24,000 bases of DNA from Actinopolymorpha pittospori (GTDB taxonomy: Bacteria; Actinomycetota; Actinomycetes; Propionibacteriales; Actinopolymorphaceae), in NCBI RefSeq assembly GCF_014873875.1, contig NZ_JADBEM010000001.1, forward strand, positions 10,198,717 to 10,222,716, in the 5' to 3' direction. The notes under the pieces are model-generated. The model did no database searches. It was given only the letters and a program-made list of their open reading frames with translations, and had not been told where the DNA came from. Below, one piece after another: positions 23,958-24,000 of the stretch. A program made the position numbers and the translations under genes. Each line of letters starts with the position of its first letter. Position 1 is the first letter of the stretch.

Positions 23958-24000
23958 TCCTCATCGTCCAGCGCTCGTGTCAGCAGTCGCCTCGGCGGGG

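Overview
High-GC (roughly 70%) actinobacterial-type chromosomal DNA. GC3-rich codon usage and mycothiol/F420-linked families (DinB/DUF664, TIGR03083-like, LLM-class oxidoreductase) support that origin. The window has five parts. (1) 1-4446, minus strand: a kdp K+-ATPase operon in the unusual order kdpF-kdpB-kdpC-kdpA, with three frame breaks (one in kdpA, two in kdpB). (2) 4.5-10 kb: small stress/detoxification-type genes, namely SAV_915-like, a frameshifted DinB/DUF664, a P-loop NTPase, an LLM oxidoreductase divergent from a MerR regulator, GrpB, GNAT and PHP. (3) about 9.97-11.82 kb: a complete IS200/IS605-family element with intact tnpA (Y1/HUH) and tnpB (RuvC plus zinc finger). (4) 11.86-18.95 kb: a co-directional, kinase-rich accessory cluster. 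It holds a P-loop kinase, an HTH protein, an alpha/beta hydrolase, an unknown protein, four divergent APH-fold phosphotransferases and a cupin. A perfect 19-bp x5 tandem repeat sits directly upstream of the fourth kinase. (5) 18.9-24 kb: an SGNH hydrolase, an ECF sigma factor with a long C-terminal extension coupled to a DGPF/YciI gene, a VOC/glyoxalase, a three-gene membrane/helical module of unknown function, and a DinB-like TIGR03083-type gene. I saw no rRNA, tRNA or CRISPR array. Product calls come from my recognition of motifs in the supplied translations. Base-level coordinates of small motifs were hand-counted and may be off by 1-2 nt. The many long ORFs antisense to these genes are GC-driven shadow ORFs.
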